The notes under the pieces were generated by a model. It was not told where the DNA came from. It was given only the letters and a program-made list of their open reading frames with translations, and did not search any database. Shown piece after piece: positions 11,601 to 22,967 of a stretch of DNA of 64,000 nucleotides. This DNA comes from Squalus acanthias (lineage: Eukaryota). The DNA lies in the NCBI GenBank assembly GCA_030390025.1, contig CM059453.1, forward strand, positions 6,634,001-6,698,000, read 5' to 3'. Numbering within the stretch: position 1 is the first letter of the stretch; each line of letters starts with the position of its first letter. The translations under genes and the position numbers were made by a program.

Positions 11601-14600
11601 CAGCGTGCAAAATTTGTTCACTGGACAATATCCATAATACAAATAATTTGGAGATAATAAGACTCATGGTTATATTAAGTGTGGCCATATGTTAACCTAT
11701 GAGGCATAAAACTGCTTTACAACTGCGAAGAGTAATTCAGAATGGTGAACACACTTGCAAGACGTAGCAGAGAGAAATGAACAAAATCTGATTTTCTTGT
11801 TATTTCTATCTCAGATGTAGTTGTAAGCTATCAATCGCCCGTTTTAACATTGAAATGTACCTAACAAGCTGTTTTTCTCCCGTTTTTATAGAAAAGCCAG
11901 AGATTGCAGGTTATGGGGAATTGATCGCTGGACAAAAAGCACGATTGAAATGTTCCGTCACCCACAACTGCCCGGATGGCAAACTGAAACTGAAGTGGAT
12001 TAATTACGATGTGTCCCTTCCTCCCCCAATGGATACTCAAGATGGAGCAGAAATTAGCAATGAAAGTTCAGGTTCTCGGACAGTTTCATCCGTGATCACC
12101 TTTACACCATCATCTGCTCATGACGGGAAAATTCTGGGATGCACAATTCTAATTGATGGTATCCTAACTCCTTCGGCACAAAATCTTACCTTGGAGATTA
12201 AAGGTAAGTGTCCGATCTAAAGTAAACAGATTTATCCTGTAGGACAACGGGCTCCAAATTTTACAATTTTCCAACAAGTAATTTATTTGGGGTGAGAACT
12301 GCATCAAAGAATGCATCATGAAAAGCTTAGCCTCTGTACCAGGAGAGCTCACTTCAATAATCAAAAGTTCGGAATGCCTCTCATCTAATGCTCATCAGTC
12401 AGATTACATTAGAAACATTCATATCCATGAATCAATGATTTTGCCTACAACAGATTTTTTAATGTGATTGTTAATCTTTATTCTAAGAACTTCCAGTCAG
12501 GTTCTGAGTTTAGTCAGTCATAAATGGAAGCCATGATGCGGAGATGCCGTTGTTGGACTGGGGTGGACAAAAATGAGAGGTCGCACAAAACCAGGTTATA
12601 GTCCAACAGTTTTATTTAAAATTACGAGCTCGTAATTTTAAATAAAACTTTTGGACTATAACCTGGTGTTGTGCGACCTCTCATAAATGGAAGGAACAAA
12701 GGCCATGCCAAGTTAGGATCTGAAACGATGATACCCGATCTCAGCTCTGGGTGGGCTTAATAAGAACTTAAGAATTCGGAACAGGAGTAGGCCATACGTT
12801 CCTTCGAGCCTGTTCCGCCACTCCGGCAATCATGGCTAATCATCAATCTGAACTCCAATTTCTCGCCCGATCCCCATACCCAATATAATGAATAAAGTAG
12901 GGGCTCAATTATGCTTATTCGACAATCACATTTTGCATCAACGGCTGTTTCAGATGGACTGGAATTCCCAACGTTCTACTGCACTATAGTAGCTGTGGAA
13001 GGAAGTTCATTATTATTATACTGCACGGCCTGTGGGAAACCCCTGGTCAGTTCAAGATGTGTGAAAAATGGTGAAGAGATCAGCAGGTCTTCCACTGGTG
13101 AACTAAAGCAGATATTCCACAGCATCCGTTCTGAGGACGACGGTGAATATTGGTGCATAGCGGAAAATGCCGTGGGCACCACAAACCGTTCCACACAAAT
13201 GTCTGTACAATTTAATTATGTATTAATTTATCAATTAGATAGCAGCCTTTCAGTTCACGAACTCTGGATTAAATACCAATTTTCTCTTGCCTGCTTGCTG
13301 GAAGGCGCCCATGTGCACGAGTTAGGAATAGTTTCACCCCTTCCAGCGGAAATAGCGGGAAACTACCTCGATGGCAACAAAAATGGAAACTAACCCGGCA
13401 TCTCGCTCAGTATGACAGGAGTGGAATATGGCACAATGTCTCATAAATGCAGCAGGTCTTACATTTATGAGGTTGCGACACAAGCACATTTACTGGGACC
13501 TTTCCTCTACAACTAATTGTTCATAAATTATATTCGTCGTCCTAAATAAGCAACTTTCCAATCCTTAGAACTGACTTGCAGGAATTTGATGAGCACAAAT
13601 TCTCTCCAAAAAAAGTGTGATAAAATGTTGTTAAGCCATCTCCTGTTACTTGTATTAATGTTGATTGAATAGTGTAATATTCTCGCGAATTGGTTCTTTG
13701 AAATGTCTCCTTGAGAGCCGGACGTTCATTGAAGAATCACATCAGTCCACCACACATGAAGATGTTTAAAACAGGACACAAAGTGAAGACATTGAAATAA
13801 ATTGACCTTTTAAAACAGTGACGTTTGAGACACCTTTTTGGGTATACTATGCAGAATCAAATCTCTGAGCTAGCTCCGTCTGAGGGACCCTCACAACATC
13901 TGTCAGGAGATGTATTGATGGACTGAACACACATTTATTTAATGTTGATTTGTTCCTAACGAGCTCACCTGTTATAAGTGGAAATATAATAAAACATGAA
14001 CTGGTGCAACATAGGCTGCTTCATCTTAAAATATAACAACCAGAACTATTATTGTTATTTCAACTCATTACTTAATTTTATTTCGACACTACGGCAGTTT
14101 ACATGATCATTTACTGTTGAAGTTTCCATTTTTTGTAGATAAACCCACAATTTTAGCAGGCCCGACATGCACCAGCTCTGAGAATTGGACGAATTGTAGC
14201 TGCCGGATCAGAGCCAATCCCCCGGGAAACATCACGTGGGGCCTCAATGGGAGAATCCTCACTGGGGACAGGTCAGATGTGGAAATCATCTCCTGGGCGG
14301 TGAATAGTCGACTCATGGAGAGCTCCCTGAGACTGACTCACCCAACCGGAAACGGAAACCTGATCTCATATGTTGCAACAAACAAGCACGGTGATTCTGT
14401 CAGTAAATACCATCTCCACTCTAAGGGTACGTGTTTACTCTATCTGTAATGTAAAACTATAAGGGAGTTGGTCCACCACTGGTCAGTCACTAATTGAACG
14501 GTGTTAGTGTCAGCACATACCAGCTCCATTCAGCAGGTCCATACTGGATCTCTCTCGAATTAGTATTAGGACCGCTTTCCATCAGTGGTCAATCTCCGAC

Positions 14601-17600
14601 TGAAATGTGCGGTCGGCATTATCCATTTTAACTTTCATTCTTCTGCTACTTGTTCGGTTTATATTTTCAAGATAAGTTGAAATCATCTGAGCAGCTGAAT
14701 TAGCCAGTAATCTTGGAAAACAAATTCTTCTGATTTAAGATAAACCCTTTAGAAATTCCTAAATTATCTCAATACATGATAGCAAACTGCAATCTACACT
14801 TTTGTAGCTATATGCTCATTTCTATCTTATTCAGACTAATTTGGGGATGTAGAACCGATATTCAATAACCGAAGCGAAATTAAATTATCGCTATAGATTA
14901 TGAATCTTACCGCTGTAACTTGTGAACTTGGCGGGCCTGTATTCCGATCAGATTAAACCAACGCTTTTTCCTTGGGTGGGTTGTGGAGTGAACTTAATTT
15001 GTCAATTGAGATTTTTACATCAGTGAATCTTAATTTATTGATTCCAATTTACGCCAGGCCGCAACACAGGGATAAAAGGCTTTTACGCAAGGATCATCAG
15101 GTTTTGACAAGTGGAGTACATAATTTACAATTAGCTTTGTGATCCAATCATGAAGGAAACTTGCTTCATCACACTCATAAATGTGCTTCCAAGATTGTTG
15201 TTTAATCCCAAATTCCTAATACAGAGCAATGTTATCCGACATTTTAGGAATATACTCCAGGACAATCCTCCTCATAATAGGAGGAGGAGCCATTGGGCTT
15301 GTTATTCTAATTGCAATCGTGATCACGCTGAAGATAAAAAGGTAGGTGTGATTATTAATTATGTAGAATTAAGTTTCAACGCAAACCTGCATCAGAACGT
15401 TCATGTATCAAAATCTCCTTTAAATTAAACTCCCGTGAGAAAAGTGTGCATCAGCCGAAACTGGTCGGAAGGTCAATCATCCCTGACCATTCGCTCGCAT
15501 CTCCAAGCATCAAATACAGATTAATATTAGTGGCTGCTTGAATCAGGCTGTCTGTACATTCTTCCTGTTCCATTATAGGGGTCTGTTTCCTTCTGTTTAA
15601 AGTGGAAATTTTTGGACTTCTGATCGCTGGCGCTCTTTGTGCCAGGGAGTGTTTACAATTCCCGTGCAATCTGGATAAAGTTTTCAGCAGGCTCAAAGAA
15701 TGGGCAAACAATCCTTTCAGTTTTTTTCTGCTGCTGGTTTTATGGGGCATCCTCACACGAGCTTCCTTGTCATGACTGACTCTCAGCAAAACAATACACC
15801 AGATTGACAATTAAGCTCTATCAATCAAGCTAGTACAGCAAACAGTAAAGCAAAAAGCAAACAGTAAAATTAACGTGACACAGACGTTTACAGTCGTTGT
15901 TAAGGTTGCTTCGCTCAAGGAGTAGAAAATTAAATTTCAAAATTGGTGTGACTGAAGTGCTAAAGTATGATACAAGCAGTTATTCATGTTGCGCTTGTTA
16001 TCTTATTCTTCCCAGTGATTTAAGCTATTTCGTCTGACTAGCTTTCTTTCAAAGCTCTGGACAGACTCGCTGCTTTATATAGACAGGCTGATAATTACAT
16101 TCAGAATTGTGACCGGCTCCAACTGAATTCAAATAACACCCAATTAGGTTTACAATCGGCTGCCAATCAAATTTATCCTTCAACCAATCGGACAGGAGGT
16201 GTACAATTGAAATCTATGACGCCGCCCCTCAACAGACAATGTTTCGACAACAACCGCAACAGCATGAGCCAGAACACTCTTTTAGATTTTAATCCTTCCT
16301 GTACCATGATATATTTAAAGAAGGCAATTCCATGCTTAATAATATCAACTACTCAATGATCGCAAAAAGATTGATGAGGAATATTGATGTATTCCTAATT
16401 TCTAACTTCAATGTGTTGAAGTGGTCTACCTAATAATAGAAAGGACTGCGTTGACACATTGAACCACTTGCATCTGCTATTTTCCCAGGTTGAAATCATT
16501 AATAAACCTCCCACTGACCGTTATTTATCACACTCAACTTTCAGCTAGCGCAATCAGCACAGTATCATTAACACCAATCGTAGATACATTGAAATGCACC
16601 CCTTTTGAAATGTTGGCCTGTGGAAATTGAAATGAATTGGGTTGCGGATCTGGTCTGTGCTTTTTGGGAGAAGTAAATGACACAAGGTGCCAAATAAAAG
16701 GTTATTACATAAGATTAGGGCTCATGCTGTTGGGGGTTATATAGTTGCATGGATAGAGGATTGGTTAACAGACAGAAAACAGTGTCGGTATAAACGGATC
16801 TTTTTCAGGTTTGCAGGCTGCAACATGTAGGTTGCCGCAATGATCAGTGTTGGGGCCCCAGCTATTTAAAATCTATATTAATGATCTAGATGAAGAGACC
16901 GAGTGTAATGTATCCAATTTTTTTGCTGATACACAACTCGTGGGACAGTAAGGTGTGAGGAGACAACAAAGCGTCTGCTGAGGGATATAGATAGACTAAG
17001 TGAGTGGGCAGTAAGGTGGCAGATGGAGAATAATGTAAGGAAATGTGAGGTCATTCACTTTGGTAGGAAGAATAGCAAAACAGAATATTTTTTAAATGGT
17101 GAGAAACTTTCAAATGTTGGTGTTCAGGGAGATTTGCGTGTCCTCGTGCAAGAAACACAGAAAGCTAGCATGCAGGTACAGCAAGCAATAAGGAAGGCAA
17201 ATGGCGTGTTGGCCTTTATTGTTAGGGGGTTGGAGTCTAAGAGTAAGGAGGTTTTGCTACAATTGTACAGGGCCTTGGTGGGACCACACCTAGAGTACTG
17301 TGCACAGTTTTGGTCTCCTTATCTATGGAAGGATATATTTGCCTTGGAGGCGTGCAACGAAGGTTCACCAGATTGATTCCTGGGATGAGAGGGTTGTCTT
17401 ACGATGACAGATTGTGAAGAATGGGCCTATATTATCTGGAGTTTAGAAGAATGAGAGATGATCTCTTTGAAGCAGACAAGATTCTGTAGAGGATTGACAG
17501 GGTAGATGCTGTCAGGCTGTATCTCCTGGCTGGAGTCTCTAGAAATAGGGGGCATAGTCTCAGGATAAGTGGTAGGCCATTTAAGACGGAGATGAGGAGT

Positions 17601-20600
17601 AATTTCTTCGCTCAGAGGGTTGTGAATCTTTGGAATTCTCAGCCCCAGAGGGTAGTGAATGCAGAGTTTTGGATTATATTCAAGGCTGAGATAGATAGAT
17701 TGTTGGACTCTTGGGGAATCAAGGGATATGGAGATTGGGCGGGAAAATGGAGTGCAGTTCGAAGATCAGCCATGATCTTTTTGAATGGCGGAAAAGTCTA
17801 GAGGGGCCGTATGGCCGACTCCTGCTCCTATTTCTTATTTCTTATGTTCTTAAGTCTTTCCTGTCCCCCTCACGTCCTTCATCGCGCAGGCGCAGTGTGC
17901 TTTCACTAAACATTCCAGTTAATTAATAGAAGTGCCTCATTTGCATTTGTTATTATTCAGGAAGAAACATGGAGAAGCTGCACGTGTCTCCGATGCACAC
18001 GATGATTTGGTGATTTACAGTACGGTGCAGAAGGCACTAAACGATGACGTAAGTGATGCCAAGCTGGGCTGACAATTGTAGGATGTTTGGTGTACTTTCA
18101 ACCGGCAAGTGACCAATAAAGGTCAATACCCATCAGATAAACGGGAGTTACAGAAACGTGTTGGCCTTTAATGGAGGATTAACCGCCTCACGTCGCGAAG
18201 AGTGCAACAGAGCTACAAACTTTACATTAAGTGACCTACTAAATACATTTAGAAAGTATTTCTCACATTGGCGTTCCTTCTCAAAGCAAATTATTTCTTT
18301 AAGAATGCGTTTCCAATGTTATTTTACCTCCTGCCAATTAGGTTTCACGTGTTAAATGTCCAACACGATCACAAAGTGTTGGCGACACAGAGGGGATAAA
18401 CATTTTAGTTCCTCAGGTGCAACTCCGAATTGCATCTTGCTGCCGATGTGGTTCCCATGTTCCTCACCTTTCATTCAGAAGGTTGTGGCTTCAAGCTTCG
18501 CTCCAGCATTTGAACCTATAATCTGGGCTGAAACTTCATTTCAAAACTGAAGGAGTGCAACATTGCCTGAAGTCCCGTTCTTTCGATTAGATGTTAAACG
18601 TGGCCACCTTTGTTTCCTCCTATGGAGGGAAACGATCTTATGGTGCTACTGTGGGGAAGTTTGACAGTTTTCCCAGTGCCCTTGCAAACATTTCTCCCTC
18701 GATGAACACCAGCTAAAACGGATTAATTCGCCATTCATCCCATTAACTGGTTGTTGCATTTTTTCTACAACAGCGGCAAGAATTCAAAATGTATTATTTG
18801 CATAGCATCGATTCGGTCTTAATAATCACAGAATCATGCAGTCCAGAATGAGGCCATTCAGCCCATGGTGCCTGTGCTGGCTGTTTGAAAGAGCTAAATA
18901 ATTAGTCACACTACACTGATTTTGCCCTTAGCCCTGATTTAATTTGTTTTTCATATTCACGCATATATCCATTTCCCTTTTTATAGACACTATTGAATCT
19001 ACTGCCAGCGCCATAGAGGCAGCTCATTCCAAATCATTTGGTTCTTGTCCCAAATATCTTCAATCTGTGTCCATTGGTTAGCTACGTTCCTGCCAGTGGA
19101 AACAATTTCTCTAAATGTTGTATCAAAATTCTGCAGAATTTTGATCACCAATATCTAATCTCCCTTTAACATTCTCTACACTAAGCAGAACAATCCCAGT
19201 TTCCCTGGACTCTCCGTTTAAGTGCAGTTCCTCATTCATCCTATAATTCTAGCAAATTTGCTCTGTACCCTCTCGAAGGCATTGACATCGTTTTGACAGT
19301 GTTATGCACAAAATTGGTGAAATACGTCAGCCGAGGGCCAACCACTGATGTATAAAGGTTCAGAATATTTTCCTTGTTTTCATAATCTGTACCTCAATTT
19401 TAAAAACCCGGATCACGTATGTTATTTAGAATCCTTAGAATTATTTTACAGCACAGAAGGCGGCCATTCGGCCCGTTGTACCTGTGCCGGCTCTTTGAAA
19501 GAGGTTTCCAATTTAATCCCACACCCAAGCGATATCGACTCGTCCGGATATACAATTGCATTTTCTTTATTTCTTATAGAATCATAGAACAATAGAAGAT
19601 ATGAGCAGGATTAGGCCATTTGGCCCCTCTAGCCTGCTCCACCATTCAATGCGATCATGGCTGATCATCCAAATTCACTACCCTGTCCCTGCTTTCTCCC
19701 CATATCCCTTGATCCCTTTAGCCTTAAGAAATATATCCAACACCTTCTTGAATCTATTTAATGTATTGTCCTCTACTGCCTTCTATGGCAGAGAATTCCA
19801 CAGGTTCACCACTCTCTGGGTGAATAAATTCCTCCTCATTTCTGTCCTAAACGGCTTACCCCTTATCCTTCGACTGTGGCCCCTGGTTTTGGTCTCCCCG
19901 ACCATCGGGAACATCCTTCCTGCATCTAGTTTGTCCTGTCCTGTCAGAATTTTATAAGTTTCAATGAGATCCCCTCTCATTCTTTTAAACTCCAGCGAGT
20001 ATAAGCCCAATCGACCCAATCTCTCTTCATACGTCATTCCTGCCATGACAGGTGAAACTTCGCTGAACACCTTCCATGGCAAGAACATCTTTCCTCAGAT
20101 AAGGCGATCTAAACTGCACACAGTACTCAAGGTGTGGTCTCACCAAGGCCCTGCAGAACTGCAGCAAGACATCCTTGTTCCTGTACTAAAACCCTCTCCC
20201 TATGAAGGCCAACATACCATTTGCCTTCTTAACCGCCTGCTGCACCTGCATGCTTACCTTGAGCGACTGGTGCACATGGGCACCCAGATCTCGTTGCACT
20301 TCCCCTTCTCCCAATCTATTGCCATTCAGATAATAATCTGCCTTTCTGTTTTTGAGACCAAAGTGGATAACCTCGCATTTATCCACGTTATATTGCATCT
20401 GCCACGCTTCTGTCCAATCACCCAACCTGTCCAAATCATCCTGGAGTTTCTCTGCATCCTCCTAGCAGCACACACGCCCACCTAGTTTTGTGTCGTCTGT
20501 AAACTTGAAGATATTACATCTAGCTCCCTTTTACAGATCATTAATATATATTGTGAATAGCTGGGGTCCAAGGACCGCTCCCTGCGGTACCCCACTAGTC

Positions 20601-22586
20601 ACTGCCTGCCACTCGGAAAAAGACCCGTTTATTGCAACTCTTTGCGTTCTGTCTGCCAACCAGTTCTCTATCCATTTCAATACCTTGCCCCCAATCCCAT
20701 GTGCCTTAACTTTACACGCAAAAGGTAAATCATGCTTGACTAATCTACTGGAATGCGGGACCTTATCAAAAGCCTTTTGGAAGTACAAATACACGACATC
20801 CATTGGTTCTCCCTTTTCTAGTTTAGCAGTTACATCCTCAAAAAATTCCAGCAGATTAGTCAAGCATGATTTACCTTTTGTAAATCAATGTTGACTTTGT
20901 CCGATCCTGTCACTGTTTTTCAATTGCTCAGCTATTACATCTTTTATAATGGACTCCAGCATTTTCCCCACTACCGATGTCAGTCTTACCAGTCTGTAAT
21001 TCCCCGTTTTCTCTCTACCACCCTTTTTCAATAGTGGGGTAATATTAGCTACCCTCCAATCCATGGGTACTGTTCCAGATTCCATCGAATGTTGGAAGAT
21101 GATCAGCAATGCATCTACTATTGCTAGAGCCACTTCCTTAAGTACCCTAGGATTTAGATTATCAGGCCCTGGGGATTTATCGGCCTTCAATCCCTTCAAT
21201 TTCCCTACCACCATTTCCCTACAAATACTGATTTCTTTCAATTCCTCACTTTCATCAGACCATATGTTCCCCAACATCTCTGGTGAGTTTATTTGTGTCC
21301 TCCTTCGTGAAGACAGAACAAAAATATGTATTTAATTGGCCTGACATTTCTTTGTTCCCCATTATAATTTCCCCTGTTTCTGACTGCAAGGGACCTATGC
21401 TTGATTTCACTAATCTTTTTCTCTTCACATATCTATACAAGCTTTTACAGTCAGTTTTTATTTTCCCTGTAAGCTTACTCTGGTATTCTATTTTCCCCTT
21501 CTCAATTAATCTCTTTGTCCTCCTTTGTTCAATCTTAAACTGCTCCCAATCCACAGGGTTACTGCTTTTTCTGGCCAATTTATATGCCGTCTCCTTGGAT
21601 CTTATGCTATCCCTAATTTCCCTTGTTAGCAATGGTTGAGTCACGCTTTTTGTTTTATTCTTATGCCAAACTGGGATGAACAAATTCAGTAGTTTGTCCA
21701 TGCGGGCTTTGAATGTTTGCCATTGCCTATCCACCGTCAACCTATTGAGAGGCAGTGCCCAATCAATCCTAACCATCTCGCACCTCATACCATCGTAGTT
21801 TACTTTATTTAAATTCAGGACCCTACTCTCTGAGTCAACTACTTCATTCTCCATCCTAATGGAGAATTCTATCATATTATGATCGCTCCGACCCAAGGGG
21901 CCTCGCACAACAAGATTGCTAATTAATCCTTTCTCATTGCATAATACCCAGTCTACGATGGGCTAATCTCTGGTTGGTTCCTCGCATTATTGGTCCAGGA
22001 ACCCATCTCGTAAACACTCCAGGAATTCCTTCTCCATAGTATTGTTACTAATTTGGTTAGCCCAATCTATATGTAGATTAAAGTCAACCAAGATGACTGC
22101 TGTGCCCTTATTGCACACTTCTCTAATTTCCCTTTTAATGCCATCCCCAACCTCCGCATTACTGTTTGGAGGTCTATATATCAGTCCCACTGACGTTTTC
22201 TGCCTCTTGTTGTTTCTCAGTTCAACCCATACAGATTCCACTTCATCAGAGCTAATATCATTCCATCATGTCTTAACAACGCTCATCTCATGGATCAGTT
22301 CCATTAGAAAACTTACAAGGGAAAAAATAGTTTGATTTCTTCTGGTGCAGACAGCACACTCCCATCGCATTCTAATCCATATCTGCAATAGTTCCATATC
22401 TAACACAAATACCTTCCATTACAGAGGGACGATCAGTGTACAGAGGTTGGTCGTGGCGCCGCACAATCGACTAAACCAGCTCAGAATGTCGAGATTGCGT
22501 ACGCGACCGTCAATGTCTCCAACTTCCGCAAACATGATCAATATATTCAAAATGAGGAGACCAGCGAATATGCAGCAATTAAATAG
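8653..22586 (+). CDS. Siglec/MAG/CD22-like inhibitory receptor A1, spliced. Exons 8653-8695, 9333-9713, 11892-12203, [12954-13211 donor lost], 14139-14426, 15248-15341, 17961-18048, 22425-22586; 455 aa if the bracketed exon is skipped
   Basis: Kozak gccATG leader and phase-compatible AG/GT exons. Siglec-type V domain (GSCAEIRC...CSL) and C2 with CSVTHNCP. Membrane-proximal domain [13 protein letters not shown] resembles MAG domain 5 and Siglec-5. Uncharged TM; ITIM-type motifs VIYSTV, IAYATV and terminal SEYAAIK*. Confidence 0.85.
9333..9713 (+). CDS. A1 V-set Ig exon
   Basis: 381-nt open phase 1-1 exon within ORF 9296..9730; donor gtgagt. Confidence 0.92.
11892..12203 (+). CDS. A1 C2-set Ig exon (domain 2)
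   Basis: 312 nt, open; [32 protein letters not shown]; donor gtaagt. Confidence 0.92.
12531..12693. mobile_element. Penelope-type terminal-repeat insertion forming a 112-bp palindrome, with 13-bp target-site duplication
   Basis: Arms 12573-12628 and 12629-12684 (2 mismatches). tcataaatggaag at 12518-12530 and 12681-12693; single copy at the empty site ~49523. Arms match 27457-27510. Confidence 0.85.
12954..13211 (+). pseudogene. A1 third Ig exon: open frame but splice donor mutated (GT to TT)
   Basis: GTACAAT|ttaatt here versus GTACAAT|gtaggt at 50053 and GTACAAT|gtaagt in B1/B2; C-strand Trp position reads TGT. Confidence 0.75.
14139..14426 (+). CDS. A1 membrane-proximal Ig exon
   Basis: 288 nt, open; F-strand Cys replaced by Tyr (ISYVATN versus ISCVVAN in A2). 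Confidence 0.88.
15248..15341 (+). CDS. A1 transmembrane exon ([32 protein letters not shown])
   Basis: 94-nt phase 1-2 exon; 23-residue hydrophobic stretch followed by a basic stop-transfer sequence. Confidence 0.9.
16683..17853 (+). mobile_element. 5'-truncated CR1 LINE, unit 1 only
   Basis: [36 protein letters not shown], and a (cttatgtt) tail. Confidence 0.9.
17961..18048 (+). CDS. A1 cytoplasmic exon 1 with ITIM VIYSTV
   Basis: ttcag|G AAG AAA...GAT GAC|gtaagt, phase 2-0. Confidence 0.88.
18470..19400. mobile_element. Old Deu-SINE (+) followed by a decayed CR1 3' end (-); diverged counterpart at ~58900-59880
   Basis: gaaggagtgcaacattgcc...gatgttaaacg core, then aggccattcagccc tail on the minus strand. 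Confidence 0.55.
19578..22264 (-). mobile_element. CR1 LINE, ORF2 from mid-endonuclease through RT and 3' tail, fragmented
   Basis: ORF pieces [57 protein letters not shown]. Confidence 0.95.
22425..22586 (+). CDS. A1 terminal cytoplasmic exon with IAYATV (ITIM) and SEYAAI (ITIM/ITSM-like)
   Basis: ttacag|AGG GAC...GAA TAT GCA GCA ATT AAA TAG; resembles Siglec C-terminal TEYSEIK; AATAAA at 22667-22672. Confidence 0.9.
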   Translation, partial: RDDQCTEVGRGAAQSTKPAQNVEIAYATVNVSNFRKHDQYIQNEETSEYAAIK

Positions 22587-22967
22587 AACTGAATGTTAAC
22601 AGGCGTTATACTATCAGCGCGGATGATCTTGAAACTGACAATACTTTAAAGCACCTGATGACGGAAAATAAATCAAACATTGATTTGCAACAAGTACTAT
22701 GAGAATTGTGGTCTTTCAGAAAATCGGTCCCATGTTTTGATTTACGTTCCCAAAGTCGAGTTCATTGGCATAGAGTTGACAGTGTGACTTTTTCAACAAT
22801 GTATCTTATCAAATGTTTTATCTATTCTTTGAAAATAACAATTTTACAAAACATGTCTAACATCGTCTCTGTCTGTTAATCTATTGAAATCGATTGGCCG
22901 CAGTGTGAACCCACACAACCGGGGACCGGTTTGCCAAAAAAGCTTGCAATGAAACACCAGAGACAAT

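Noticed and set aside
8653-22586. Assigning gene symbol MAG, CD22 or SIGLEC1
   Set aside because: Domain number, the missing essential Arg and multicopy tandem organisation do not support one-to-one orthology without a phylogeny.
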